Below, piece after piece: positions 51,747 through 62,395 of a stretch of 64,000 nucleotides of DNA. Source of the stretch: Podarcis filfolensis (taxonomy: Eukaryota); the NCBI GenBank assembly GCA_964270895.1, contig OZ185435.1; one strand, 5' to 3'. Position numbers and translations under genes: made by a program. Position 1 is the stretch's first letter. The number at the start of each line of letters is the position of its first letter. Under the pieces are notes generated by a model. It searched no databases. It saw only the letters and a list, made by a program, of their open reading frames with translations, and had not been told where the DNA came from.

Positions 51747-52340
51747 GTACAGCAACATGGAAGGCTACAGGTTCCCCATCTGTGCCTCACTGACTTTTGA
51801 ATTTTTTGACCATCAGTAGGGCATTCCCTGGACTAGTTATGTCCCATCGTGTGTATGTGTGTGTGTGTGTTGAATTCTGGCAGCTCTCTTGGCTCCAGTC
51901 CACTTGCTAGGAATACATTCATGCTTTGGCATCAGAAAGGCAGGTTGCTAGTTTAGCATGGCAGAGGCATACTTTGCTCATATCTCCAGGCAGTTGCTTT
52001 TTGCCGTCATGTTTCCACCCCTACCCTCTGCCCCATTATTTCAGCCGGTGATAAGTAATTGCTGAAATGCGGCCTTTGCCATGATGGAATGCAGAAATCT
52101 GCTGCTCCAGTGGCACCCTAGAACGATTTCTTAGCTCAGACAATGAAGCAGATATTCATTTCCAGCTGAAAGGCCAGGAGGGGAAGGAGATGCACGACAC
52201 AGTGACAATTGGAGGAATATCTTCCCTTTGCTGCTCAGAAAGATAGACTGCATTCCAGACAATGCTGCTATCGTCCTCACTGTGCGCAGCTTTTACCGTA
52301 CCAGCGGGAGAGCCTCTGCGTGGGAGTGAATGCTCTAACC

Positions 52341-52342
<2 letters not shown>

Positions 52343-52382
<40 letters not shown>
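52343..52382. repeat. (TG)20 microsatellite
   Basis: Direct count. Confidence 0.95.
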
Positions 52383-52384
<2 letters not shown>

Positions 52385-52559
52385 GCCAAAGTGCAGTAGA
52401 CGTCTTATGATTCCACAGCATCAGTTATTGATGCTGGAAAGCAAAGTATTGCTAGTGTCTCACTTCATAACCCTTCATGGAGAAAAGGGCAAGTTCTCCC
52501 AGGTTCAGTTTGAATTGGGACCAGCAATTACAAATGGCAGCAGGGAAAAACTCAAAGTA

Positions 52560-52725
52560 CTGTATTTTTCAGTGTATAAGACTAGGTCTTTTCCCTTAAA
52601 AATAATGTCAAAAATTAGGGGGTGTCTTATACATGGATGCATCTCCCCCCATTTTCTTAAATCTGAGTCCCCCAAAATAGGTAGTGTCTTATACATGGGG
52701 GCGTCTTATAGACAGAAAAATACAG
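52560..52725. mobile_element. Short, older TA-flanked MITE of the CCGTATTTTTC TIR family (166 bp)
   Basis: TA flanks; termini CTGTATTTTTCAGTGTATAAGAC / GTCTTATAGACAGAAAAATACAG. Confidence 0.8.
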
Positions 52726-53014
52726 TAGTTGTTACCACCCCCATGCTCTGCCTTGAGCTCCCCTTATCCAGTAGTCACAGCTCTGGCCAGTACTGCACAC
52801 CTGCCTTTTCTCCTGCCAGCCCAGGATAGGGAGGGAGGCTGGAATCTCTCTCCTTTCTGTCCTCTGCCCAGTGGGAAATACAGTTGGAAGCACTGAGAAA
52901 ATGAAGGCTGTGTACACAGTAGCAGCTTAAAACTCAGCAAGTTCACTCCCCCTTGCTGCATTTTAAGTCGCACGGATGGGACATTCACCACAGTGGGATG
53001 TTGAATTCCGCACT

Positions 53015-53105
53015 AAGGCTGTGATCCTAGTCGCACTTATCAGGGAGTAAGCCCCATTGAATTCAGTAGGACTTACTTCTGAATAGTTTTAGTTAGGATT
53101 GCGCT
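53015..53105. repeat. Short imperfect-palindrome interspersed repeat (caatcct...cacttac...gggagtaagcccc...ggacttacttct...aggattgc); related copies near 1690, 3270, 33945 and 42380
   Basis: Inverted ends gctgtgatcctag / ttaggattgcgctg and recurring agtaagcccc/ggacttact motifs seen in several copies. Confidence 0.55.
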
Positions 53106-53187
53106 GTAAAACGGTAAAAAGGACTGAACAGTAACTTCATAGCCTTGTTAAAATAGGAAAGCTTTATTCCAGCTGCTAAATATCATT

Positions 53188-53331
53188 TCATAAAATCATA
53201 GAATTGTAGAGTTGGAAGGGGTCCAGAGGGTCATCAAGTTGCACCCCCTGCAATGCAGGACTCTCAACTAAAACATCCGTGGGAGATGGCCACCTAACCT
53301 CTGCTTAAAAACCGCCAAGGAAGGAGAGTCC
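53188..53331 (-). mobile_element. CR1 3' fragment
   Basis: Collinear with 38610-38760 (tcatagaattgtagagttggaagggg...aacctctgcttaaaaacc). Confidence 0.8.
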
Positions 53332-53446
53332 ATTTAATGAAGAGACTTCATCAGTGTGTAGGTAGTGAATTTCAAAGATGAGGTACTGCCTTTCAAATGA
53401 CCCTCCCATGAGACACTCAGGAGCTGTGTTAGAGCTTTTAAGGGTT

Positions 53447-53652
53447 AACAACAACAACTTTATTATTTATACCGCGCCCATCTGGCTGCCTTTCCCTAGC
53501 CACTCTGGGCGGCTAACAGCATATATAAAACATAGGAAAACATCAAACATTAAAAACTTCCCAATACAGGGCTGCCTTCAGATGTATTCTAAAAGATAGG
53601 TAGTTCTTGAGCTCCTTGACATCTGAAGAGAGGGTGTTCCACAGGGAAGGAG
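53447..53652 (-). mobile_element. L2 3' fragment with (AAC)n tail
   Basis: Shares cccatctggctg...ctctgggcggct and aaaaacttccc...cagggctgccttcagatgt blocks with 6199-7613. Confidence 0.8.
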
Positions 53653-56463
53653 CCAGGGAGGGTTAAAAGTAACAAGCTTGGCTGCCTGTATGGATGTATA
53701 TTAATAGTTCTCTGTTGTATGTAATAAAAGTAAGAGATGAAAGGGGGACAACTTGTTCATGATTTCCCTGAATGACTTAGGCTTCAATCCAATGGTGTCC
53801 ATGCATGAGTGGAAAGGACTTCTGGTTGCACAGCAGGACTTCCCCTTCCTCTCCTCCCATGTAACTCCAGTATCTACTTTTGGTGGTTGGGGGACCATCC
53901 TCAGCAGATTTAGGGGTGCTGCAGTTGAGAGGAAGGAGAATGAGGCCTACGACATGGGTGAAAGTCTGAGCAAGGCATGCTGGGTTTTGCCCTACCTAAA
54001 CATGTGAGTAGTCATATTCAAAAGCTATGTATTCTTCTGCCACATTACTGTTAGATACCGTGCCATGTAATCTGTGTTGATCTTCGTGCAGCTTATTACT
54101 TCATCAAACTGTGTATGTGAAACACATTACGTTAACAGTGAAAAGAATCAATAAGGATTTTGCTGGAAAGAACTGTGGCTGGGAGTCTATTTTAGTGCAA
54201 AACCCAACTGATGTAATGTTTTGCACAGGTAGTCATTGGTTACAGGGAAAGAAAACATTGTACAACCATGAGAGCACTTACTTTAGATAATTTAGACAAA
54301 TTCATGGGGAATAAAAGGTAATGACTGCATGAAGAATACACCCTTCATGGCTATATTACCTCCAGTACGGGAGAGAATATTTTATTTAAATATTTAAATA
54401 TTTTTAATTCATCATCATCATCATTTTTAATTTGTATACCATCTTTCTATCTTACAATACTCAAGGCGGTTTACAAGCTGAAGAAACAAATAATGTACAT
54501 CTTATAACAATCTAATGCAATACAAAAATGTGATAATAAAACAAAACTATAAAATAATAATATCAACATATAAAAGTTAAACAGAAATCCACTCAACAGT
54601 TACACTAAATACTTTCTAAACTATAATTAATAAAACAACAGCAGGCCACAGTACATAAAATAATACAATACAAATTGAGAAGCAGCGACTAGAGGGTGGA
54701 GCAAGGCAGGTGGAAGGAGGCCTTGCCTGTCAAAGTCTCTCCCATCTTCAGCCAACAAAGTCTCAGATCGCTCAAAAGGCCAACCCCTATTCTCAGGCTT
54801 ACAATCTGTGTAAAAGACACAGCACAAAAGGAAAACGGATTGGGAGGTAGGTAGGTGAAGATCTTAGTTACAAATTTCTCTAATGACCAGCTGCAGTGGA
54901 AGGGCTCCAACAGAGCAGGTGTCAAAACTTGCTGCTCTCTCAGCTGTGTTGACTGAGTGGCCCTGCACACCTTTCTCCCCCCCCCATCCTGCAGCCTGGT
55001 GTAATAACTGCTGCCAGGTGAGTAGTATGCCTCTGAAACCAGTTCTTGGGGATACTAGTGGGAGAGTGCTATTATGCTCATGCCCTGCTTGTGGTCTTCC
55101 CATAGGCATCTGAGCAACTAGGTTGGCAGAAAGGGTGCTGGACTAGAAAGGCGTTTTGGTTGGTTGCAGCAAGACTCTTCTTATTTGTGTTCTTAGCGCT
55201 ACAAGTTGAAATGGTATTTTTAGGAAATCTGACCTCTCTTTAAATCATACAATTCAGACTTTGGAGTCCTAATTTGACACGTTTTCATGTTCAAATTTCA
55301 GAAACTAAACTTTGATTTCAATTTTTCAAATAACCACCAGGAAATGGATTGAAGGAAATGTTTCCCAGGTGCATTAAGTTAGTACGGATATTACTAAATG
55401 CTTAGGTGCACTTTGCCATGCAGATACTGGTCTGGCTGGGACAAACTTCCCCATTTTTTTCAGCTATGGTTTATGAAGCTAGGAAGTAACACCAAGGCAT
55501 ATATTGTGGTTCAGTTGCTGCTGATAAAAGAGAGTAAGTCAGGCTCTGATCCTGGCTTATTGGTTTAACTGACATTAAGGTAGAGTTTCCCAGTTTGGAT
55601 GCAACAGACAACTGAAGGCAGCATGCAAGGGGACAGATGAGGGAGGAGTACTTGGTCGCAATCCTTGTTTTGAGCTTCATAAACCATGTTTATTGTTGTC
55701 AGTCAAATACTTGCTATCAAAATTTAGAGATGGTAATTTGGAAGATTTTTTGAGGGGGGTGGTGGAAGGGGAATGCAGGCTAGTTTATTCGATACTCTTT
55801 AACAACCTTTTATATTTGAAATTAGGGTGGTAGTTGAGAGAATAATGGCATATTAGCTTGGAATTGAACTGAGCTTCAGAAAGCTTAATTTTGGTACAAA
55901 TAACATTGAACAAAAATATTAAAGATCCAGGATAATTTTATCATTTAAGGATACTATCTGAAGTCCCCAAACTCCAGGTCTGCCTGTCCTTAAAATCTGG
56001 TGTCTTGTACAAATCAAGTTCACTTTTGTTTTTCTCCAGGGAACAATTTCTGAAGTGTCTGTGGCACAGCATGAAGAATAGTTGGCTGTGATTTTCTCTC
56101 TGTGTGCTGATTGCCTCCCATTCATGCTTGCTGGGAATGTGCCAGAAGACTTTAATATAAAGAGCTTTATATTCCTCAACTATTTATTGAAACTTATTGC
56201 AGTAATAAAATTTTGCAATAATTATTTTGGCTTGGAGCCAGAGTTCCTGTCAGTGTTACTCTGCTTACAGAACACTGAAGGAAGAAGGGAAGAGGTGACT
56301 TTTTCCCCTTTTTTTCTTTGCTGATTCCCCTCTTCTCCCTGTACCCACTGAAGATCTGCTCTGGAACAGTTGTGGGGAGATGAAGGGGAAATCAGCAAAA
56401 AGAAAAGGCTCCTGTCTTTGTAGTATGGCACTCCGGATTCAACCTCTTGCCATTATAATCAGC

Positions 56464-56505
<42 letters not shown>
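56464..56505. repeat. (AAT)14 microsatellite
   Basis: Direct count; no attached L2 body recognised. Confidence 0.95.
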
Positions 56506-56506
<1 letters not shown>

Positions 56507-56965
56507 CTGTTCTTTTCTAAGCATTGCAAAGTCTAGCTTTAAAAATACTGGCAGACAAAAAACCAGTGTTTTCCATCTTAGCTTTATGGCAACTTTTACC
56601 ATCTTCTGCAGATTGAATCTGGCAAGGGAGCGGAGGAGAGAGCAAATGCTTGACCTGGTCCCGAGAGGACTTAGTCCCGAGAGGCTTCATTAGATAACTT
56701 AGCCATATCCATGAAGTTGATGCAATGAAGATTACTGAATTGAGTAAATTTATACTAGCTTTATGTAAATCCCTAGGGCTACTAATGCTGGTCGTTTTAA
56801 GCTTAGAGGCTGTTTGCTTATTTTGCGGTGTTAACATTCAAAGCGAAGGTGGATTATGTGGCTTTAAAAACATTGTGCAATATATCACTCTAATACACCC
56901 AAGGGTTGGCGTAACATTTCAAGAGATATACAAACAAAGCCTTAGCCAGAGACCTCTTCACCTCT

Positions 56966-56967
<2 letters not shown>

Positions 56968-57003
<36 letters not shown>
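56968..57003. repeat. (GT)18 microsatellite
   Basis: Direct count. Confidence 0.95.
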
Positions 57004-57004
<1 letters not shown>

Positions 57005-58375
57005 GTAATGGACTTCCTCTCCTTGTGTACCCCTAATCTGTTATGAGGGTTTCCCTAACTCTGTGGAACAGTTTTGGGGAGTAAAGAGAGGAGTGTTGGC
57101 TGCAGCCCTCAGTTTCTCCCAAGCTGACACCTTTCGGTTGCGATTGTTGGCAGTGCTCAACTGTGTAGTATGACCAGCCAACTATCAGTCATCCCCTAGT
57201 AGGCCAGTGGATAAACAAAAAATACATCCTGCACATAAGGTCTCAGACTGGATTCCTTCCAAGAGGACACTTTCATCCTTCTAGCCCATCTCACAAGCAT
57301 CTTATCATGCTTTCATGAATCATTTGGCTGATCACCATTATCTGTACCTTGCTATTAATCTCCCTTCCCCTCCATTTCATGGCAGCATTTCATGGCAGGT
57401 GGGTAAAGAAGCAGTCCCTACAGGGTTTCAGTCAACTAATGTTAATCCATTGAAATTAGTGGCCACAGCTAACTTAGATCTATTAATTTCAGTATGTCTA
57501 CTTTGACTAAAAGTTGAATACAACACCGGGGCTCTTGGAACAGCAGTTTTGTTGTTGACAGGGAAGGCAGGCCTACAACTAGAAGAGAATTGGAGTCCCA
57601 ACAAAATAAGCTACTTTTACTGCCGTGCTCCTTATTCACAGATCATGGTCCTTATTCTCCACATGTAGGGGGAACTGGGACCATGCTTTCTATCTCCATT
57701 CCTGACATTTGCACATTTGGTATGAATGTCTGAAAACAGGGCAGGGATGCTGCATATGGATGGGTGGGCGGATGTGATCCTGAACCCAAGGCACAAACAG
57801 CAGTGCAGATGAAGGCTGTCATTTTTCAGATTCTTGTAAACTCAAAGATAGGATTGCATGGTTAGAAAATACAGGAATTAAAAAAAAAACCTGCTTCCCT
57901 GTTGCGAAATTCAACCCAATTAATTTTGAAAGATTAGAAACTAATGTTATGCAAATAAGTACAACCTCTGGAGTCACTTAAAGCAAATGTTTGTAAACAA
58001 ATTACCAATGCTGGAGAAATAATTATATATGTACATAAAACAACAACAATCATAATCCCTTCCCCATTCCTCCGCTGGATAACAATATTGAAGGAAGGAT
58101 TAAATAGGTTTTTTTTATTCTCTCTCTTGGTATATATGTATGTATATGTATATATACATTCACATGTGCATACATGACTATTCCTGCCTAGGCAGAATGA
58201 TGCACTTTCTTACATTCCTTTGTCAAAGATAAGTCACAGCCCACATTGGAAGAAAACAGCTGGGCAGGGATGGTACCCAGTCTAGGGAAGTTTTCTGAAA
58301 AATTGCACTGTCGGTTGCTCTTGGATTTGTATGCAGTCCACAATTAATCTGCATGCCTTCCTTCTTATTTTCCAG

Positions 58376-58758
58376 AGAGAAGGTATCATAGACCTCGTGC
58401 CAAACCCAATGGGCTGAGCTTCTCTTCTCATGCTGTGGCAGACCGACAAGTCAGCGAGACTGCCTTGACGCCTCTGACTGAGCAGGAGGGGGAGGCATAT
58501 CTGGAGAAGTGTGGGAACATCCGCCGCCACACTGTTGCCAACGCTCACTCTGATATCCAGCTGTTGGCCATGGCTTCCATTATGCACTCTGGGATGGTGG
58601 TGGAGGAACCAGACAGTGGCGACACATGCCTCCTCTTGCAGCCCAGCTTAAACCACAGGCAATGTTCCAGTGAGCCCACGATAGTAGATGGACCGGAAGG
58701 GCTGGGGACAGCATCCATGCAGGAACCCACAGAACTGAACTGCACATCTGTCTGCTGA
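58376..58758 (+). CDS. PRR5L: PRR5L terminal coding exon 8 (ERRYHRPR...LTPLTEQEGEAYLEKCGNIRRHTVANAHSDIQLLAM...ELNCTSVC*); 383 nt to TGA
   Basis: Acceptor cttccttcttattttccAG; frame joins ORF-track entry 58435..58758; the LTPLTEQEGEAYLEKCG..RRHTVANAHSDIQLLAM block is characteristic of PRR5L; total CDS 1101 nt is divisible by 3. Confidence 0.96.
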
Positions 58759-59933
58759 AATGCCGTGTGGAGGGACGAAGGACCAAGTGTGTTAGGCAAA
58801 CCATTGTTTTGTCATTTGCTGAGAACAGTGGAGTCAAACTCCAGAAATGAGATCAACATGCCATGTCCTAACTTAATATTGGAACACTTTTTGGAAATAA
58901 TCGTTTCCAGGCCAGGTTCTAATTTTATGTGGCTTATATATATTGTTTTCAAGGTACAAAGCTGCTACGTTCAAGCATTCCAACATCCCTTCCCTTCCCT
59001 TTTCTCTGGATTTTTCAGACCTTTTCTCCTCCTGAGTTGGTCTTTCACTCTTTTGTTGCATCTTATGTGTGGTGTCCTATGAAATCAGGGGAGAATGATC
59101 AATACTATTAGGCACACACTTTCCCCTAGCAACACTTTATGGCACATGCAGGAGGCCAGCTATGAAGCATGCTGGTTCAAGTCTGAACCATCAGGATGGG
59201 TGAAACTGCACCCAATTTCCAGAGTTAGAACTCTATAATATACTGAACGAACATTGCCTCATTCTGCAGCAAAAGCTGGTGACCAGGTTGCACAAGCCAT
59301 TTCTGAATGTTGGGGATTTTGAAGTTATCTTTTCAGCATTGCTCTTCTCAGGGATCCCTTAAGTATATTCCAAAGAAAAATCTAAGCTCAACATCCACAG
59401 TCTAGTTACTTCCAGTTGTTGGACTCCAATTCCCATCAGCCCCAGCCAGCATAGTCAATGGTCAGGTGATGGGAGTTGGAGTCCAGTGACATCTGGAAGC
59501 AACTAGGCTGGGAAAGACTCTCTAAATTTTTAGATTCCAGGAGACACAATTGGAGAAGAGGCTGTTTTTAAGGATCTCATGCTAAGGAACTTGTGGGTGG
59601 TATTTAACTAAGTTTTACTCAGAGGAGACCCGCTGAAATTAATGAACCAAATTTAGTCATGTTGGTTACTTTAAGTGGGACCACTATGGAGTGGCAATGG
59701 TGCTATGCATGTATTAACATGTAGAACTGAGAACTGTCCACCCTACCCATTGTTTCCATGAACACCAAGATTGAAAGAAACCCAGCTTTCTTACTAATCA
59801 ATGGGATTCCATTACATATGGGAAACTTTAGGCTGATGGGGATCTAACCTCATTTGGGGGCAACGCTCCTCCTCTTGTAAAACAGGGTCATTTGTTGACT
59901 GGTATGGAGAATGTGTAATGCCTTTTATACTTA

Positions 59934-60530
59934 CCGTATTTTTCGCCCTATAGGACGCACTTTTTCCCCGCCAAAAATGAAGGGGAAATGTGTGTGCGTC
60001 CTATGGGGCGAATGCAGGCTTTCGCTGAAGCCTTGAGAGCGAGAGGGTTGGTGTGCACCGACCCCTCTCGCTCTCCAGGCTTTAGGAGAGCCGCAGCGCC
60101 AGCCCCACAAGGTCGGGGGACAGCGGGGAGGCGGAACGCCGCCATCCCGCTGTCTCCCGATGTGGTTTGGAGGCTGACGGCGGGGAGACGCGTGCTTCTC
60201 CTCGCCGCCAGCCCCGCAAGCTCCGGGGACAGTGGGGAGGCGCAGCGCGTCTTCCCGCTGTCCCTGGACCTGTTCTGTAGGCGGGCGGCGGGGAGAAGAG
60301 CGCTTCTCCCTGCTGCCTGCCCCGCAAGCTCCGGGGACAGCTGGGAGGCGCAGCGCGTCTTCCCGCTGTCCCCGGACCTGGTCTGCAGGCGGGCGGTGGG
60401 GAGAAGAGCGCTTCTCCCCGCTGCCGGCCCCACAAGCGCCTGGGGGGGAAATAATTCCCCCCTTTATTTCCCCCCCAAAAAACTTGGTGCATCCTATGGG
60501 CCGGTGCGTCCTATGGGGCGAAAAATACGG
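59934..60530. mobile_element. MITE of the same family and orientation as 21920-22656 (597 bp, about 2.6 units of the 108-bp repeat), 1.2 kb downstream of the PRR5L stop
   Basis: TA flanks (59932-59933, 60531-60532); same TIRs and subterminal aaaaatgaaggggaaatgtgtgtgcgtcctat; unit starts at 60149, 60257 and 60365. Confidence 0.9.
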
Positions 60531-61047
60531 TACATTCATACCTTTGACACAAAGCTCAGCACCAAGACAGACTTGCTTTCTGGAGGCTGTGTAGTGGTGT
60601 CTTTCTGGAGTCCAGGGTTCCAGTTTCTAGAAACCTGATGCTTCTGTCACAACACAGTTCTGTTACCAAATACCTTTGGTAATCCAAGTTATCATGGGGG
60701 TGGGTAGGGGTGATGTTCCTCAGGTGCAGGGCTGTTCTCCTTTTCCCAATGAGGGTGATTTCAAGAACCTGTTAGCAACTGAAATAGCCAGATTTTTATT
60801 TTTTTAAAAATAATAATAATCAAGCATCATAATAGTGTGCGAAAGTTGTTCTGCAACAGCTACCTCTTTATGGAAGTAGACTGCAACCCAAGGAATTGAA
60901 TTCAGTCTTGATAAAATTAAGGAGCAGGGTCAGGGATGGTCACATTAGACCAATAGGTGCACAGAGAAGAGACAACGCCTCTTTGATGATTAGGCTTCAG
61001 AGGCCCACAATGATGAACAAACTTTTAAGCTGTAAAAGGGCCAGCTT

Positions 61048-61053
61048 AATAAA
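61048..61053 (+). terminator. First AATAAA hexamer downstream of the PRR5L stop; candidate polyadenylation signal (alternatives at 62867 and 62901)
   Basis: Manual scan of 58759-61047 found no AATAAA or ATTAAA. Use of this site is not demonstrated. Confidence 0.35.
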
Positions 61054-62062
61054 ATGAATGGGGTTGTGGGTGTCCAGGCCCTAATAAGGGCTCCCAATGA
61101 GATATAAACAAAGGGTAGGTAAATCCTAGTCTTAAAGCCTGATTCTCAACCGCCAGTGTATAGGCTTACAGCCTTCACTCTATAAAATGTTCCAAGTAAC
61201 TAATTTGGAATGAAGGATAACATTTCCCCTTTATTCTTCCACTACGTGTCCATTTCTGGTTTTGATTTGAATGTATATGTTAAAAGGCATGTATAATTTC
61301 CCAAGTATGCTTGCCCCTGTGGAATTGTGCCAAGTCACGGTGATGGTTACCACTCAAGTCCATGGCAAGGATTAACTTGGTAAGAGAGCTTTACTCTGAA
61401 TATCTAATGGAAGCTCACAAAGAGGGAAAAAGTTAATGTTTGGAAATGTGGTAGGAACTGGTGTTGAGTCCTCAATTAGAAATCCTTTTATTTAAATGGA
61501 ACCTTTGTTGCCTGCCTTCATTTTACATATTCACAAGAAACAGCTTTGATGAAGCCTACTGCAGAGATGTCTGTGTTTTCTCATGCCTATCCACTGCATT
61601 GTCTTCTGCTTGCCTTAATTTGCTGAAATCCCTGTTATATTACATCCACTTGGCCTTCTCCTCCCCATGTGTGCGCACAAGTGTGCATTCTTTCTCTGTT
61701 GCTCATAGGTATAGTTCCCACAGACATTCATTTCTTTCTTCTTCCATCCAGCCACCAATTCTCCCAATCAAGGGTGTGTGCTTGTGGGTGCATTAAACCT
61801 CAAAGTACAGTAAACATGGCAGTGAAGGAAGTCAGCTGAAAGGCTGACTAAGCAATAGTCTAGCAGAGCCAAACTTCACACACCATCTTCTCAGCAAGTT
61901 TGTGTTACCAAGAGCAGGCCTAATGTATAATTACAAACATATTAGTGGATCTGTTGTGGGACCACACATAGCCACAGTTTCTCCTCTGCTAAAACCTTGC
62001 ATCTACCTTCTTCCAGAACGAAAATCTTTGCTGCCTTCCAGGAAAATGTGGCACAGATCAGT

Positions 62063-62215
62063 AGTAGGGCACATGTTTTGCATGCTGAAAGCACTGAGCT
62101 TCAATCCCTAGCATCTCTAGTTAAAAGATCAGGTAGGTAGTTGATGATGGGAAAGACTCCCTCTGGAGAGCTGCAACCAGTAGACAACATTGGACAGACC
62201 AGACAAAAAGACTGG
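62063..62215 (+). mobile_element. Diverged Squam3-like SINE
   Basis: gcacatgttttgcatgctgaaagcactgagcttcaatccctagcatctc head and ctggagagctgcaaccagtagacaacattgga body. Confidence 0.55.
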
Positions 62216-62234
62216 CCTGCTATAGAGCATCACA

Positions 62235-62395
62235 TCAGCGAGGCCAAGAGGGGCGTCTTGTCATCTGGGCAGCCCAGGACCTCCATATGCACTGCCCAGG
62301 CTTGTCACTTTGGTGCTGCTAACACAGCAGTTTGACTTCACCCCTAGAGACATGCCCCATGGTCTCTTGAGACGGATGCCCAGCAACAACACAGC
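62235..62395 (+). mobile_element. LINE 3'-end remnant, Vingi-like
   Basis: cactgcccaggcttg...gtcactttggtgctgctaacacagcagtttgacttcacccc...gacggatgcccagcaacaac resembles a squamate Vingi 3' end from memory; short CAA tail. Confidence 0.4.

Noticed and set aside
9700-53000. RAG recombination signal sequences, given the expected proximity to RAG1/RAG2
   Set aside because: The CACAGTG heptamers I noticed (near 9707, 17415, 47098, 49950, 52198 and 52989) have no obvious ACAAAAACC-like nonamer at 12- or 23-bp spacing; the manual scan was not exhaustive.
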